Assembly: GCA_004769085.1 (NCBI GenBank)
Contig: DUDS01000044.1
Coordinates: forward strand, 44,670 to 108,669
Source of the DNA: Candidatus Melainabacteria bacterium SSGW_16
GTDB taxonomy: Bacteria; Cyanobacteriota; Vampirovibrionia; 2-02-FULL-35-15
Direction of reading: 5' to 3'
Length of the DNA: 64,000 nt
A model generated the notes under the pieces. That model saw only the letters and a program-made list of their open reading frames with translations. It was not told where the DNA came from and ran no database searches. This document shows positions 27,856 to 36,924 of the stretch, one piece after another. The number at the start of each line of letters is the position of its first letter. The first letter of the stretch is position 1. Made by a program: the position numbers and the translations under genes.

Positions 27856-28863
27856 TTATTTTATTTCAATACTAAAATCTTCTATTACAGGGTTTGCTAA
27901 AAGCCTCTCACACATTTCATTAACAATTTTCTTGACTTCAGCAGGCGAATCTGCATCAATTTTAAAAACAACTTCTTTTCCTATTCTAAGTTCCGATATA
28001 TCCTTATAACCAAGCGAGCTTAAAGCTTTTTCAACAGCTTGCCCCTGTGGATCAAGGATATCTTTTTTAGGAAGAACCTGAACTTTAACTGAATACTTCG
28101 TACTTTTGTTATTCCGAACTGAAGGGGAGGCAATAAGACTTTTAGAACCTTCTTTTACTCTTTTAAGCATTTCCTGATAAGCACCTTCTACATTTCCCAG
28201 GTCCTGCCTGAAGCGGTCCTTATCAAGTTTTTCATTTGTTTTTGCATCCCAGAATCTAAAATTATCGGGAGATAATTCATCTGCTAATAACAACTCTCCA
28301 TTCTTATCCGTACCAAATTCAAGTTTAAAATCAACAACCTTTATTCCAACTCCAATAAAAAACTCCTTAAAGATTTCATTTGCTTTTAGTGCAAGACTTG
28401 TAATTTCATCGAGTATTTTGTCATCAGCCACTTCAAGTGCATCTTTAATATATGCACGGGTAAGCAATGGATCACCAAGTGCATCATCCTTATAACTAAA
28501 CTCAACAATAGGATTTTTAAGTATTTTACCTTCTTTTATACCTAATCTTTTACACAAACTCCCTGCAGTAATATTTCTAACAATAACTTCTAGAGGAATA
28601 ATTTTTACTTTTTTAATTAAAAGTTCATTCTCTGAGATTTGTTTTATAAAATGTGTTTTAATTCCACTTTTTTCACAAAGCTCAAAAAGATAAGCAGAAA
28701 TAGTAGCATTTACTTTTCCTTTGTCGTGAATTTCGCCTTTTTTCTGGGCATTAAAAGCAGTAGCGCTGTCTCTAAAGTAGGCCCGCATAACAGAAGGATC
28801 ATCAGTTTCAAATAAATCCTTTGCCTTGCCTGAATAAACTGGTTTTGTGGAAACAACTGGCAT
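27856..28863 (-). CDS. purC: SAICAR synthetase fused to a C-terminal PurS domain (FGAM synthase PurS subunit).
   Basis: N-terminal about 235 aa has PurC motifs (YSGKAKDLF, ...EVIVRN...). The C-terminal about 80 aa, VKVQVLPKKDILDPQGQAVEKALSSLGY...MCERLLANPVIEDFSIE, is a clear PurS sequence. Confidence 0.85.
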   Translation of the reverse strand: MPVVSTKPVYSGKAKDLFETDDPSVMRAYFRDSATAFNAQKKGEIHDKGKVNATISAYLFELCEKSGIKTHFIKQISENELLIKKVKIIPLEVIVRNITAGSLCKRLGIKEGKILKNPIVEFSYKDDALGDPLLTRAYIKDALEVADDKILDEITSLALKANEIFKEFFIGVGIKVVDFKLEFGTDKNGELLLADELSPDNFRFWDAKTNEKLDKDRFRQDLGNVEGAYQEMLKRVKEGSKSLIASPSVRNNKSTKYSVKVQVLPKKDILDPQGQAVEKALSSLGYKDISELRIGKEVVFKIDADSPAEVKKIVNEMCERLLANPVIEDFSIEIK

Positions 28864-28892
28864 AAGAATATTTTATCTCCATGCATCAACAG

Positions 28893-29030
28893 GTGTGTAA
28901 ACAAACCACAGATGACTTAAGTAAGCTCATTTACCCATCAGGCTGAGCGACGAAGGGTGGTCCGTCAGTTCTTGGATAGAGGAGCGAAGCCGGATGCAGG
29001 TAAATGGGCTTACCCTTAAAGAATTTACAC
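28893..29030. promoter_or_regulatory. Conserved GC-rich structured element R3a in the 5' region of purC-purS. It is paralogous to 41937-42058.
   Basis: Nested inverted repeats: GTGTAAA/TTTACAC, CTTAAGTAAGC/GCTTACCCTTAAAG and CATTTACC/GGTAAATG. The core CCCATCAGGCTGAGCGACGAAGGG..TCCGTCAGTTCTTGGATAGAGGAGCGAAGCCGGATGCAGG is shared with the second copy. Confidence 0.6.
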
Positions 29031-29038
29031 AATTGCCA

Positions 29039-30262
29039 TCAACGATCAACATCAGGAAGAATAACATCAAGACTACTAAATATTGCTACTACATCTGCAA
29101 CAGGATGTCCTTTAATTAAATCAGGTAATACTGAAACATTGTTAAAAGAAGGTGAACGCCATTTAATACGATAAGGAACTGAAGTACCGTCTGCTATTAA
29201 ATGCACCCCGAGTTGTCCTCTTGGAGATTCAACTGCTGTATAGGCTTCTCCGGGGCCACATTTAAAACCCATTGGGACATTTTTCCCTTTAGCTATAGTC
29301 ATTAAATCTTCTGCTTTATAAACAGGGTTTGTACCACTGGTAAGCTGAGCTTTGTTCTTTTCTAAGTCCTCAGTATCACCACCAGGAAGTTTATCAATTA
29401 TCTGAGTAATAAGTTTGGCTGATTCTCGCATTTCTTGTATTCTGCATTTATATCTCGCATTAGTATCACTCACAGTAGAAACAGGGACTTCAAAATCAAG
29501 CTTGTCATAAACAGAATAAGGTTTGTATTTTCTTAAATCAATATTTATTCCTGATGCTCTAAGACTTGGTCCAGTTACACCACGATCTATTGCAAGCTCA
29601 GGACTTAAATAACCAACACCTTGTGTTCTAACTAAAAATATTGGATTTCTTGTTGCAAGTGATTCATATTCATCCACATATTTGGGGAATTCTGTAGTAA
29701 TCCATTTTTTCACTTTTCTAGTCCAGCCTTTTGGCAAATCCTTAAATACCCCACCAATCCTGATGTAATTAAACATCATCCTTTGACCTGAAACTTCTTC
29801 CAGAAATCCAAGTATTGTTTCCCTGTCCCTGAACGTATAAAAAGGAAATCCAAACATTGCCCCAAGATCAAGCATGAAAATTCCAAGCCACAGTAAATGT
29901 GAAATTATTCTGTTTAATTCTGAGCAAAGGGCCCTTATATATTCAGCCCTTAAAGGAACCGTTATGCCAGCAATTTTTTCAACAGCCATAATATATGCAT
30001 GACTGTCTGACATTCCTGCCAGATAATCTACCCTGTCAACAAGAGCCTGATACTGAACATAAGTTCTGTTCTGCCCAAGCCATTCCATTCCTCTATGAAG
30101 ATATCCAATAACAGGTTCACATTTTCTGACTATTTCTCCATCAAGATTTAAAACAAGTCTTAAAACACCGTGTGTTGAAGGATGCTGGGGCCCCATGTTA
30201 ATAACCATTTCATCTGTCTTAAAACCTTTTTCAGCTTGTTCAGTATCTCTTACAATTGACAA
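29039..30262 (-). CDS. nuoD: NADH-quinone oxidoreductase subunit D.
   Basis: 407 aa with MGPQHPSTHGVLRL and the C-terminal Ni-Fe-hydrogenase-like fold motifs. It is separated from nuoABC by two intervening genes. Confidence 0.9.
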   Translation of the reverse strand: MSIVRDTEQAEKGFKTDEMVINMGPQHPSTHGVLRLVLNLDGEIVRKCEPVIGYLHRGMEWLGQNRTYVQYQALVDRVDYLAGMSDSHAYIMAVEKIAGITVPLRAEYIRALCSELNRIISHLLWLGIFMLDLGAMFGFPFYTFRDRETILGFLEEVSGQRMMFNYIRIGGVFKDLPKGWTRKVKKWITTEFPKYVDEYESLATRNPIFLVRTQGVGYLSPELAIDRGVTGPSLRASGINIDLRKYKPYSVYDKLDFEVPVSTVSDTNARYKCRIQEMRESAKLITQIIDKLPGGDTEDLEKNKAQLTSGTNPVYKAEDLMTIAKGKNVPMGFKCGPGEAYTAVESPRGQLGVHLIADGTSVPYRIKWRSPSFNNVSVLPDLIKGHPVADVVAIFSSLDVILPDVDR

Positions 30263-30462
30263 TTCTTTAACCTCTTTAAATCCCTGTTACATTAACAAAG
30301 TTATTTTATCAGCCAAAAGTAAACATAAACCAGATTGTACAAATAAATCCCAGATCACACTTTAGCAATTAAAAATATATACTGATTTTTAATTTGAGTG
30401 ATGATATTTAACCATTCAATATGTTAGACTTTACTTAATTTATTAATTAACCATGGAGTTAA

Positions 30463-31593
30463 ATGTCTGTAGAAAAACTTCAACCTCAGGCACAAGCTAA
30501 TCTTGTTCCTAGAATATTGTTGATTTATCCGGGTACTACCTTACCATCGGTCTTAGATACTGCTCCCCCTGAAAATGATCAAGCAGATGTATGTATAACA
30601 CTGCCAATACATGAGACCAGAAACTATGATCTAGTACTTCCGGAACAACAATTTACTCAATATTTTTCAGACCTAACTAACAGAAGAAAAGTACTTGAAG
30701 GGATAGATCAGATTTGGAGATCAGGAAATTTATTTTCAAGAAACGGTCAGGACACTGAGTTTTTCAAAGGATATATAGACGTACTCTCAGGGATAGTAAA
30801 TGCAAACACAGAATATTTTTCAGGATTTACTTATCCATGGGCAGTAAGAAACGGGACTAAGTCAACCTCATTTGACAAAGAATTCAAAAGGCTGGTAACA
30901 AAAGATGGAACAAATTCACTTACAAAAGCTTTAATCCTTACACAATTAGTTGAGCTTGGGCTTTTAGGAATAAATCCAACCCGTGTACTTACCAGAATTA
31001 ATCAAAACGGTGGTGTTCATGCAAATGGTTTCATAAATGAAATACTTGCATCCTGGTTTCTGGCAAAATTTGTTTACAAAATTAATCCTGATGAAGGACC
31101 ATCCCGCTTTCACCTGTCGGTTGAACTGCCTGCTTATAAAAAACATTCTGGTAAACAAGGAGAGGGTCCGTTTCTTAAATTAATCACCAGGGAAATAGAT
31201 ATTGTTAATTGCAATGCACTGGGTTCAGTTAAATCTACTGAGCATACTTTTAGCACTCAAGCCAGGGATTTATTCTTTACAGTAACAGCCGATAATACAG
31301 GTGCATTACAGACCAGAACAAGGAAATTACTTTTATTAAAAACTGCTGATAGTGCGTATCAATTTTCACCTGATTACCCAGGTTCTCATGAACATAATGA
31401 GATTAGAAGAGAGACAATTATTGATGCCAGAAAAAGCATACGAGAAGTTAAATTAAGCGCTGATGACTCTGCTTTATTAACCAGACTTGTCTCTGAAGAA
31501 GGAATTGATATTTATTTCTTACCTCCTGTTAATAACAATACCGGAATAAGAAACTGGATTGAACAAAATTATCAACATTTGGATGAGCAATAA
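30463..31593 (+). CDS. Hypothetical protein (376 aa) lying between nuoD and nuoC on the opposite strand.
   Basis: ORF only. No TM segment or signal peptide. Confidence 0.5.
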   Translation: MSVEKLQPQAQANLVPRILLIYPGTTLPSVLDTAPPENDQADVCITLPIHETRNYDLVLPEQQFTQYFSDLTNRRKVLEGIDQIWRSGNLFSRNGQDTEFFKGYIDVLSGIVNANTEYFSGFTYPWAVRNGTKSTSFDKEFKRLVTKDGTNSLTKALILTQLVELGLLGINPTRVLTRINQNGGVHANGFINEILASWFLAKFVYKINPDEGPSRFHLSVELPAYKKHSGKQGEGPFLKLITREIDIVNCNALGSVKSTEHTFSTQARDLFFTVTADNTGALQTRTRKLLLLKTADSAYQFSPDYPGSHEHNEIRRETIIDARKSIREVKLSADDSALLTRLVSEEGIDIYFLPPVNNNTGIRNWIEQNYQHLDEQ

Positions 31594-31602
31594 ACTGATT
31601 TT

Positions 31603-33030
31603 CTAAAGATTTCTCACATCAATAAACGGAAAGCGTTCACTGGTGACAAAATCGCCTCTTTTTTTAAATCTTCCAATCCCCATTAGTTCAAGAATTGTTT
31701 CTCCAACCATAGAAGCATGATAAGCATCACCAACTATTTCTCCTTTATTATTAGTTTGACCTATTAACTTTCCCTTCTTAATATCATTGCCAAAAACAAC
31801 CATCCCGAATGCATTAGTCCAATGTTGACGCCCAGCCGCTTTGTAAAGCGGTTCACCAGTTTCAACATCTCTGTCTACTTCATATCCTGGCGTCCTACCA
31901 AATTCAGTCACCATTACAACATACACTTTCTCATTCATACGATTTATATCATCTAGTAAAGCACTTAATGCTTGAGCAAACGGAGGAATCATAAGCCTCA
32001 TATTGTTCTCTAAACCACCATGATGGTCATAATTACCATCATTTGCAACTACAATCCTGGCACCCCTTTGAAGCATTCGTCTTGCAAGCAGCAATTGTTT
32101 TCCTACTTTACTATCTCCATATTTTATTATTTCTTCAGGTGATTCATTGTTTAAATCAAAAGATTTGTAGAAATCTCCACCGAGTAAACTTCTAGCCTTC
32201 TCATATGATTTTCTATGTTTATCTACTGATGCTCCAACAAGTTTATGCCCATTTATAGCTTCCATTTGGTCAAGAAGTTCCAGCCTAGCCCTTAGTTCAT
32301 TAATTGGAATACCATCTGTATCATTAAACGGGTTTGTAAATGCTCCTGTATTGGTATCATATGCTGAATAAATAGTTTCTGGATCTCCTGACTTTACAGC
32401 ATCCCATGGACTTCTAAATAACCTATCATCACCATGTATATCTTTTGTATTTTGATGAAGGACTACATAACCAACATCTTTAGTAGCTTGCTTAGTTAAC
32501 GTCCTTGAGAACTCTACAAAAGGATTTGTATTTGGCGTTGGTGAATAAAAATCTGAACCTTCTACTTTTGGACTTGAAGTAAAAACAATTGCACCACCAA
32601 CATGATGGAACCCATCACCACCATATAAATTGTTAACCACAACTGCATTGTTCATGTGTCTTGCAATTGGATTAAGAATGTCAGTAACTTTAATATCACT
32701 ACATGCAGTATCAATTGGTTTAAATGGTCCAGCTATGCTTGAATGTGTTTTTGGATCAAAGGTATCAAAAAAACTAAGCCCTCCTTGCATAAAAACAATA
32801 ACTACCTTATGCCCTGGATCTTTACCATTTCTTGTTGTAAACCTTAACTCATGCTCAGGAATGATATCGCTAACCTGAACTCCAGCTCCAGATGCATGAC
32901 TTGGAAGAAGGGAAGGTAAAAGTGTTGCTGCAATAGGCATACTAAAAGCAGTATGCAAAAACCTTCTACGTGTAAGTTGAGGGTTATATACAAAATTAGC
33001 TTGTGGAATATTTACAGGAAAAATCCCCAT
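31603..33030 (-). CDS. DUF1501-family protein (sulfatase/alkaline-phosphatase-like superfamily) with a twin-arginine signal.
   Basis: The N-terminus has TRRRFLHTAFSMPIAATLL (Tat motif). The FMQGGLSFFDTFDPK signature is typical of DUF1501. Confidence 0.65.
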   Translation of the reverse strand: MGIFPVNIPQANFVYNPQLTRRRFLHTAFSMPIAATLLPSLLPSHASGAGVQVSDIIPEHELRFTTRNGKDPGHKVVIVFMQGGLSFFDTFDPKTHSSIAGPFKPIDTACSDIKVTDILNPIARHMNNAVVVNNLYGGDGFHHVGGAIVFTSSPKVEGSDFYSPTPNTNPFVEFSRTLTKQATKDVGYVVLHQNTKDIHGDDRLFRSPWDAVKSGDPETIYSAYDTNTGAFTNPFNDTDGIPINELRARLELLDQMEAINGHKLVGASVDKHRKSYEKARSLLGGDFYKSFDLNNESPEEIIKYGDSKVGKQLLLARRMLQRGARIVVANDGNYDHHGGLENNMRLMIPPFAQALSALLDDINRMNEKVYVVMVTEFGRTPGYEVDRDVETGEPLYKAAGRQHWTNAFGMVVFGNDIKKGKLIGQTNNKGEIVGDAYHASMVGETILELMGIGRFKKRGDFVTSERFPFIDVRNL

Positions 33031-33116
33031 AAAAGTCTTAAAATTGTTACACTAAATTATTAGCAATGATAATACTATAAAAAGTTTGGCTACGCAATAT
33101 TGGAAACTAGTAACAA

Positions 33117-33689
33117 CTAACTTTCTTTAGAAAGAGTTTTTTCAGCAAATTCTGTTTCTGTTAAAGGATGCGGTCCATTAAGCGAATCTGCAGGTGGAAT
33201 ATAGTCTTTCCTAAGTGGATACCCTTCCCAATTCTCAGGATTTAATATTCTTTTGAGATTTGGGTGACCAGCATAAATAATCCCCATCATATCGTAAGCT
33301 TCTCTTTCATACCAGTTTGCTGCTGACCAGATATGGGTTACGGTAGGAACAATAGGATTATCCTTAGGGACAGTAATTTTTATTCTAAGAAATTTTCTGG
33401 TCTTGGTAGAACTGAGTGTATAGATTGACTGGTAACCTTTTTTTAAATCTAAAGTAGTAATAAGGACAAGGGAATCAATAAATGTTTCAGTATTGCTTTT
33501 TAAAAGTTGACAGGAATTTACAAGATCTTTTGTTTCAATTTCAAGCGTCTCAATTCCGCTTGCATCATTTCCAAGAGGGATAGAATTAACTCCTTTATCC
33601 TTCAAAAAGACACTAAACTCGCCAGGCAATAAAATCTTTTCTTCCTCTTTTTTCTCCTGAGCTTCCAGTGAAAGTTGTTCTGTTGACAT
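33117..33689 (-). CDS. nuoC: NADH-quinone oxidoreductase subunit C.
   Basis: 190 aa, 30-kDa subunit fold with ERE..DMFGI..GHP motifs. Confidence 0.85.
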   Translation of the reverse strand: MSTEQLSLEAQEKKEEEKILLPGEFSVFLKDKGVNSIPLGNDASGIETLEIETKDLVNSCQLLKSNTETFIDSLVLITTLDLKKGYQSIYTLSSTKTRKFLRIKITVPKDNPIVPTVTHIWSAANWYEREAYDMMGIIYAGHPNLKRILNPENWEGYPLRKDYIPPADSLNGPHPLTETEFAEKTLSKES

Positions 33690-33691
33690 GG

Positions 33692-34312
33692 TTAAACCTT
33701 TCCTGTTGTTTCTTTTTGTTCAGTATATGGATATGGCAATCCTGTTAATTCATTTACATATGTAACAGGGTGATGATCTTCTGTATATCTTCTTCTTGAA
33801 GCCAATGATTCATTTCTTATTTTTCTTTGTAATATCATAAGACCATGCAAAAGTCCTTCTGGCCTTGGCGGGCAGCCAGGAACATAAACATCCACTGGAA
33901 TTATTCTGTCAACTCCCTGAACAACACAATATGAATCATGAAACATTCCGCCTGTAACGGTACAAGCACCCATAGCAATCACATATTTAGGTTCAGGCAT
34001 CTGTTCATAAAGTCTGATAAGTGCAGGGGCCATTTTTCTGGTGATAGTACCTGCAGTAATAATCAAATCAGCCTGACGAGGAGTAGCCCTGAACACTTCA
34101 GATCCAAATCTTGAAATATCAAATTTACTCATACCAACAGACATCATTTCAATTGCACAACATGAAGTCCCAAATGTCAGGGGCCAAACAGAATTTGAAC
34201 GAGCCCAGTTATAAATCACATCCAAAAAGCCAGACAAACCAGCAACAATAACATTTCCTTTTAAATCGTCAGGAACAGGTTTTGAGGGAAGTTTTATTAA
34301 AGGCTCACTCAT
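33692..34312 (-). CDS. nuoB: NADH-quinone oxidoreductase subunit B.
   Basis: CCAIEMM, GxCT..GG and VPGCPP iron-sulfur cluster N2 ligand motifs. Confidence 0.9.
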   Translation of the reverse strand: MSEPLIKLPSKPVPDDLKGNVIVAGLSGFLDVIYNWARSNSVWPLTFGTSCCAIEMMSVGMSKFDISRFGSEVFRATPRQADLIITAGTITRKMAPALIRLYEQMPEPKYVIAMGACTVTGGMFHDSYCVVQGVDRIIPVDVYVPGCPPRPEGLLHGLMILQRKIRNESLASRRRYTEDHHPVTYVNELTGLPYPYTEQKETTGKV

Positions 34313-34341
34313 TTTTTATCCTTACAGATCAATTATAACCA

Positions 34342-34719
34342 TTATTCATCAAAATCCAGCACACCTTTAGTCCAGGCATAATAAAGACCAAGTGCCAGCA
34401 TAAATACAAAAATAAAAGCTTCAATAATTAAAAACATTCTGTTTGCTGTAACATCAAATATTACTGCCCACGGTACAAGAAAAACAAACTCAACATCAAA
34501 AACAATAAATATCAGTGCATAGAGATAGTATTTAATATCGTATTGGATTTTTGTTTCATGAAATACCTTTATTCCACATTCATATGGCTCAGTTTTTACC
34601 TGTGTAGGACTGTAAATCCCAAATATTCTTTGTATAACTGCTGAGAGAAGTAATAATGTTAAACCAAGTAAAAATCCAACTACAGTAAAAATTCCTATTT
34701 GCATAAGTTGGGATGACAT
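34342..34719 (-). CDS. nuoA: NADH-quinone oxidoreductase subunit A.
   Basis: 125 aa, three TM helices, PYECG motif. Confidence 0.85.
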   Translation of the reverse strand: MSSQLMQIGIFTVVGFLLGLTLLLLSAVIQRIFGIYSPTQVKTEPYECGIKVFHETKIQYDIKYYLYALIFIVFDVEFVFLVPWAVIFDVTANRMFLIIEAFIFVFMLALGLYYAWTKGVLDFDE

Positions 34720-34722
34720 TTT

Positions 34723-34833
34723 TTACCTACCGCCTTTCTCGCTCATTCTTCGCTTGTCAGGCTTTGCAATGTGCACTTAAAAGATACCTCTTTTCACACC
34801 TTTCAGATTTTACCGAATGAATCGGATAAAATC
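34723..34833 (-). promoter_or_regulatory. GC-rich leader element, copy R2b, directly upstream of nuoA. It has a hairpin GAUUUUAUCCG-AUUCAUU-CGGUAAAAUC, then UUUUAAGUGCACAUUGCAAAGCC, then GCGAAGAAUGAGCGAGAAAGGCGGUAGGUAA.
   Basis: The mini-ORF ATGAGCGAGAAAGGCGGTAGGTAA (34746-34723) stops 3 nt before the nuoA ATG. The hairpin stems differ from copy R2a but keep pairing, and the loop is identical. Confidence 0.6.
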
Positions 34834-34908
34834 TTCCTGCATAAATAGTCAAACCTGATATTGTTACCTAACCAGGTAGTAACAACAATTAATTTATATC
34901 ATACCTTA

Positions 34909-35625
34909 TCAGTCTCCACCAAAAATCCTACCTACATCAGCCAGTGGTCCACTGCTGGTACTACCACCGGTAATTACATTTGCAAATCTGGAAAATGGTA
35001 ATGATTGCAGAATTATTTTACCTGGACCCTTAAGTTCTGTCAGAAATAGCCCTTCGCCCCCAAAGATAGCAGTCTTGAGATTTCTAACCATCTTAATGTC
35101 ATAGTGTACACCTTCTTCAAATGCTACAAGACAGCCAGTATCTACAAGAATTTTCTGGTCCTGAGCTAATTCTTTATGAATTGCTATACCTCCGCAATTT
35201 AAAAATACTTTTCCATTACCAGTAAACTTTTCAAGCACAAATCCTTCACCACCAAAAAAACCAACCTTGAACTTTTTTATAAAGCTAACATTTATTGACA
35301 CTGAACCAATAGAAAATAAAAAGCTTCTCTTTTGTGCCTGCCAAGTTTTACCCTCACCAACCTCAACTTCAAGGATTTTAGCCGGATAAGAAGGTGCAAA
35401 TGCAATCCTACAACTGTCTGATTTTGCTTTAAACACAGGCAGCATAAAAGATTCACCAACAAACATTCGTTTAAGTCCTCCTACCCAGCCACCAGGCATT
35501 CTAAGATCCATGTCAATGTCACCTTCCATAAAAAACATACTGCCAGCATCTGCCTGAACAAATTCACCGTTGTCCATGTCAACAACTGCAGTCTGCATAT
35601 CATTACCAATTATTTCGTACTTCAT
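34909..35625 (-). CDS. AIM24/DUF124 (TIGR00266)-family protein.
   Basis: Repeated GFFGGEGF / AIFGGEGLF motifs. Start placed at MKYEIIG, 16 nt after the upstream TPR gene. Confidence 0.65.
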   Translation of the reverse strand: MKYEIIGNDMQTAVVDMDNGEFVQADAGSMFFMEGDIDMDLRMPGGWVGGLKRMFVGESFMLPVFKAKSDSCRIAFAPSYPAKILEVEVGEGKTWQAQKRSFLFSIGSVSINVSFIKKFKVGFFGGEGFVLEKFTGNGKVFLNCGGIAIHKELAQDQKILVDTGCLVAFEEGVHYDIKMVRNLKTAIFGGEGLFLTELKGPGKIILQSLPFSRFANVITGGSTSSGPLADVGRIFGGD

Positions 35626-35641
35626 TAATACTCCTTTATTA

Positions 35642-36841
35642 TCAATATTTTGCTGTATATTCCTTGACAAATTCATCGTTTAAAAAAAGCTTTGCCATTA
35701 TTTCACCTGTATTTTTTACAGGATTTCTGCACGTTACTTCTACCGCCTGGGTTACATCGGCTTCTACAAAGTCTGACTGATAAATATCAATTCCGTTTTC
35801 ATATTCATCAAAAAACTCTATCCTGTAATTTTTAACAGGTACTTCCGTAAGAGACTGAACTCTAAACATCAGGGACGGATAAAGGAACTCACCTACTGGA
35901 GCAATTTCCAACAATTCATTTGATATTTTATATTTTGCATTCAGGGCAATTATCCTTTTCAGAATACTTGTTTTTCTCGGATCATCCTGGCTGCCTGCAA
36001 GAATCAATTTTACCTTCTCAATTATTTCTTCCCGACTTGCTCTGTCTTTTTCCTTTTCAGCAGCTTCCCTGAGAACATTTGCAAAGGTAATTTTATAATT
36101 ATAGTTCTCAGGATCAATGTGAAGTGCCTCTTCAAAATCTCTCTGTGCAGAGTCAATGTCACCAAGCTCGCTTAGTAAAAGTGCCTCCTGGTAATATACT
36201 TCGGCATTCTTACCAAGCAATTTAGCTTTCTTTAACACCTTAAGTGCCTCGTTAATTTTGTTTTCGGATTTTAATTCACTTACAAGCCGAAAATATTTTG
36301 GCAGAAGAAGTGCTTTAATGCTTTCCTTCATTTCAGTTTGTCGCAGCTTAGATGCTCCGAAAAAAGCTTTCTCCCATAATTCAAGAGACTTTTCCGGAAT
36401 TATATGACCACTGGTTATATAGTGCTTTACAAGCCGTTTTGTAATCTCATTTTCATCATGATTCTTCAGATAATCAAGTATATAAAGCTTTGCATACTTT
36501 TTATTTCCGTTATTGTAATTTGATTCAGCAAGACTTACAAGAAAATTCTGATAATTAGGATTCTTAATCAGAATTTTAGAAAGTTTGTTTACTGCTATAA
36601 GTTTGTTTGCTTCATCAATTTCCCCACTTAATAAATAACTCTTTGCAAGAGCAAATGAAATCTCAATGTTTTTGGGATACATCTTGTGTCCTTCTTCAAG
36701 GACAGAAAGTGCTTTTGCAACCTTTCCACTTCTAATGCTTGTATCTGATTCAAAAATGTATCTATATGGTGAACTGACAAAAAAATAAAACAATCCTAAA
36801 GATGTAAGAAAGATACCAGTAAAAAATAAAATTCTTTTCAT
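35642..36841 (-). CDS. Tetratricopeptide-repeat protein with an N-terminal signal/anchor.
   Basis: Multiple 34-residue A/Y/L-periodic repeats (ALSVLEEGHKMYPKN..., YQEALLLSELGDIDSAQRDFEEAL...). Confidence 0.65.
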   Translation of the reverse strand: MKRILFFTGIFLTSLGLFYFFVSSPYRYIFESDTSIRSGKVAKALSVLEEGHKMYPKNIEISFALAKSYLLSGEIDEANKLIAVNKLSKILIKNPNYQNFLVSLAESNYNNGNKKYAKLYILDYLKNHDENEITKRLVKHYITSGHIIPEKSLELWEKAFFGASKLRQTEMKESIKALLLPKYFRLVSELKSENKINEALKVLKKAKLLGKNAEVYYQEALLLSELGDIDSAQRDFEEALHIDPENYNYKITFANVLREAAEKEKDRASREEIIEKVKLILAGSQDDPRKTSILKRIIALNAKYKISNELLEIAPVGEFLYPSLMFRVQSLTEVPVKNYRIEFFDEYENGIDIYQSDFVEADVTQAVEVTCRNPVKNTGEIMAKLFLNDEFVKEYTAKY

Positions 36842-36924
36842 TTAGGCTTAATCGTATGTTAGATATTGTACACTCAATTAGGAATACACTATGTAGTGCA
36901 AGAAAGAACAGATCCATAAGTCTA

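Noticed and set aside
28893-29030. Identity of the pur-associated element as a known guanine, ZTP (pfl), PRPP/ykkC or glycine riboswitch.
   Set aside because: I could not find the hallmark conserved stretches in either strand: UUUCUACC...CCGUAAAU for guanine; GACUGGCG...CCGGG...CGCCUGGGCA for ZTP; GGGA...ACCGG for ykkC. The class remains unassigned. An Rfam covariance-model scan is needed.
36856-36924. The N-terminal 23-aa extension of guanylate kinase in the ORF table.
   Set aside because: The extension (MLDIVHSIRNTLCSARKNRSISL) precedes the conserved start MPAIKGKVFVITGPSGVGKGT and overlaps the divergent TPR gene's promoter region. The internal ATG at 36925 is preferred.
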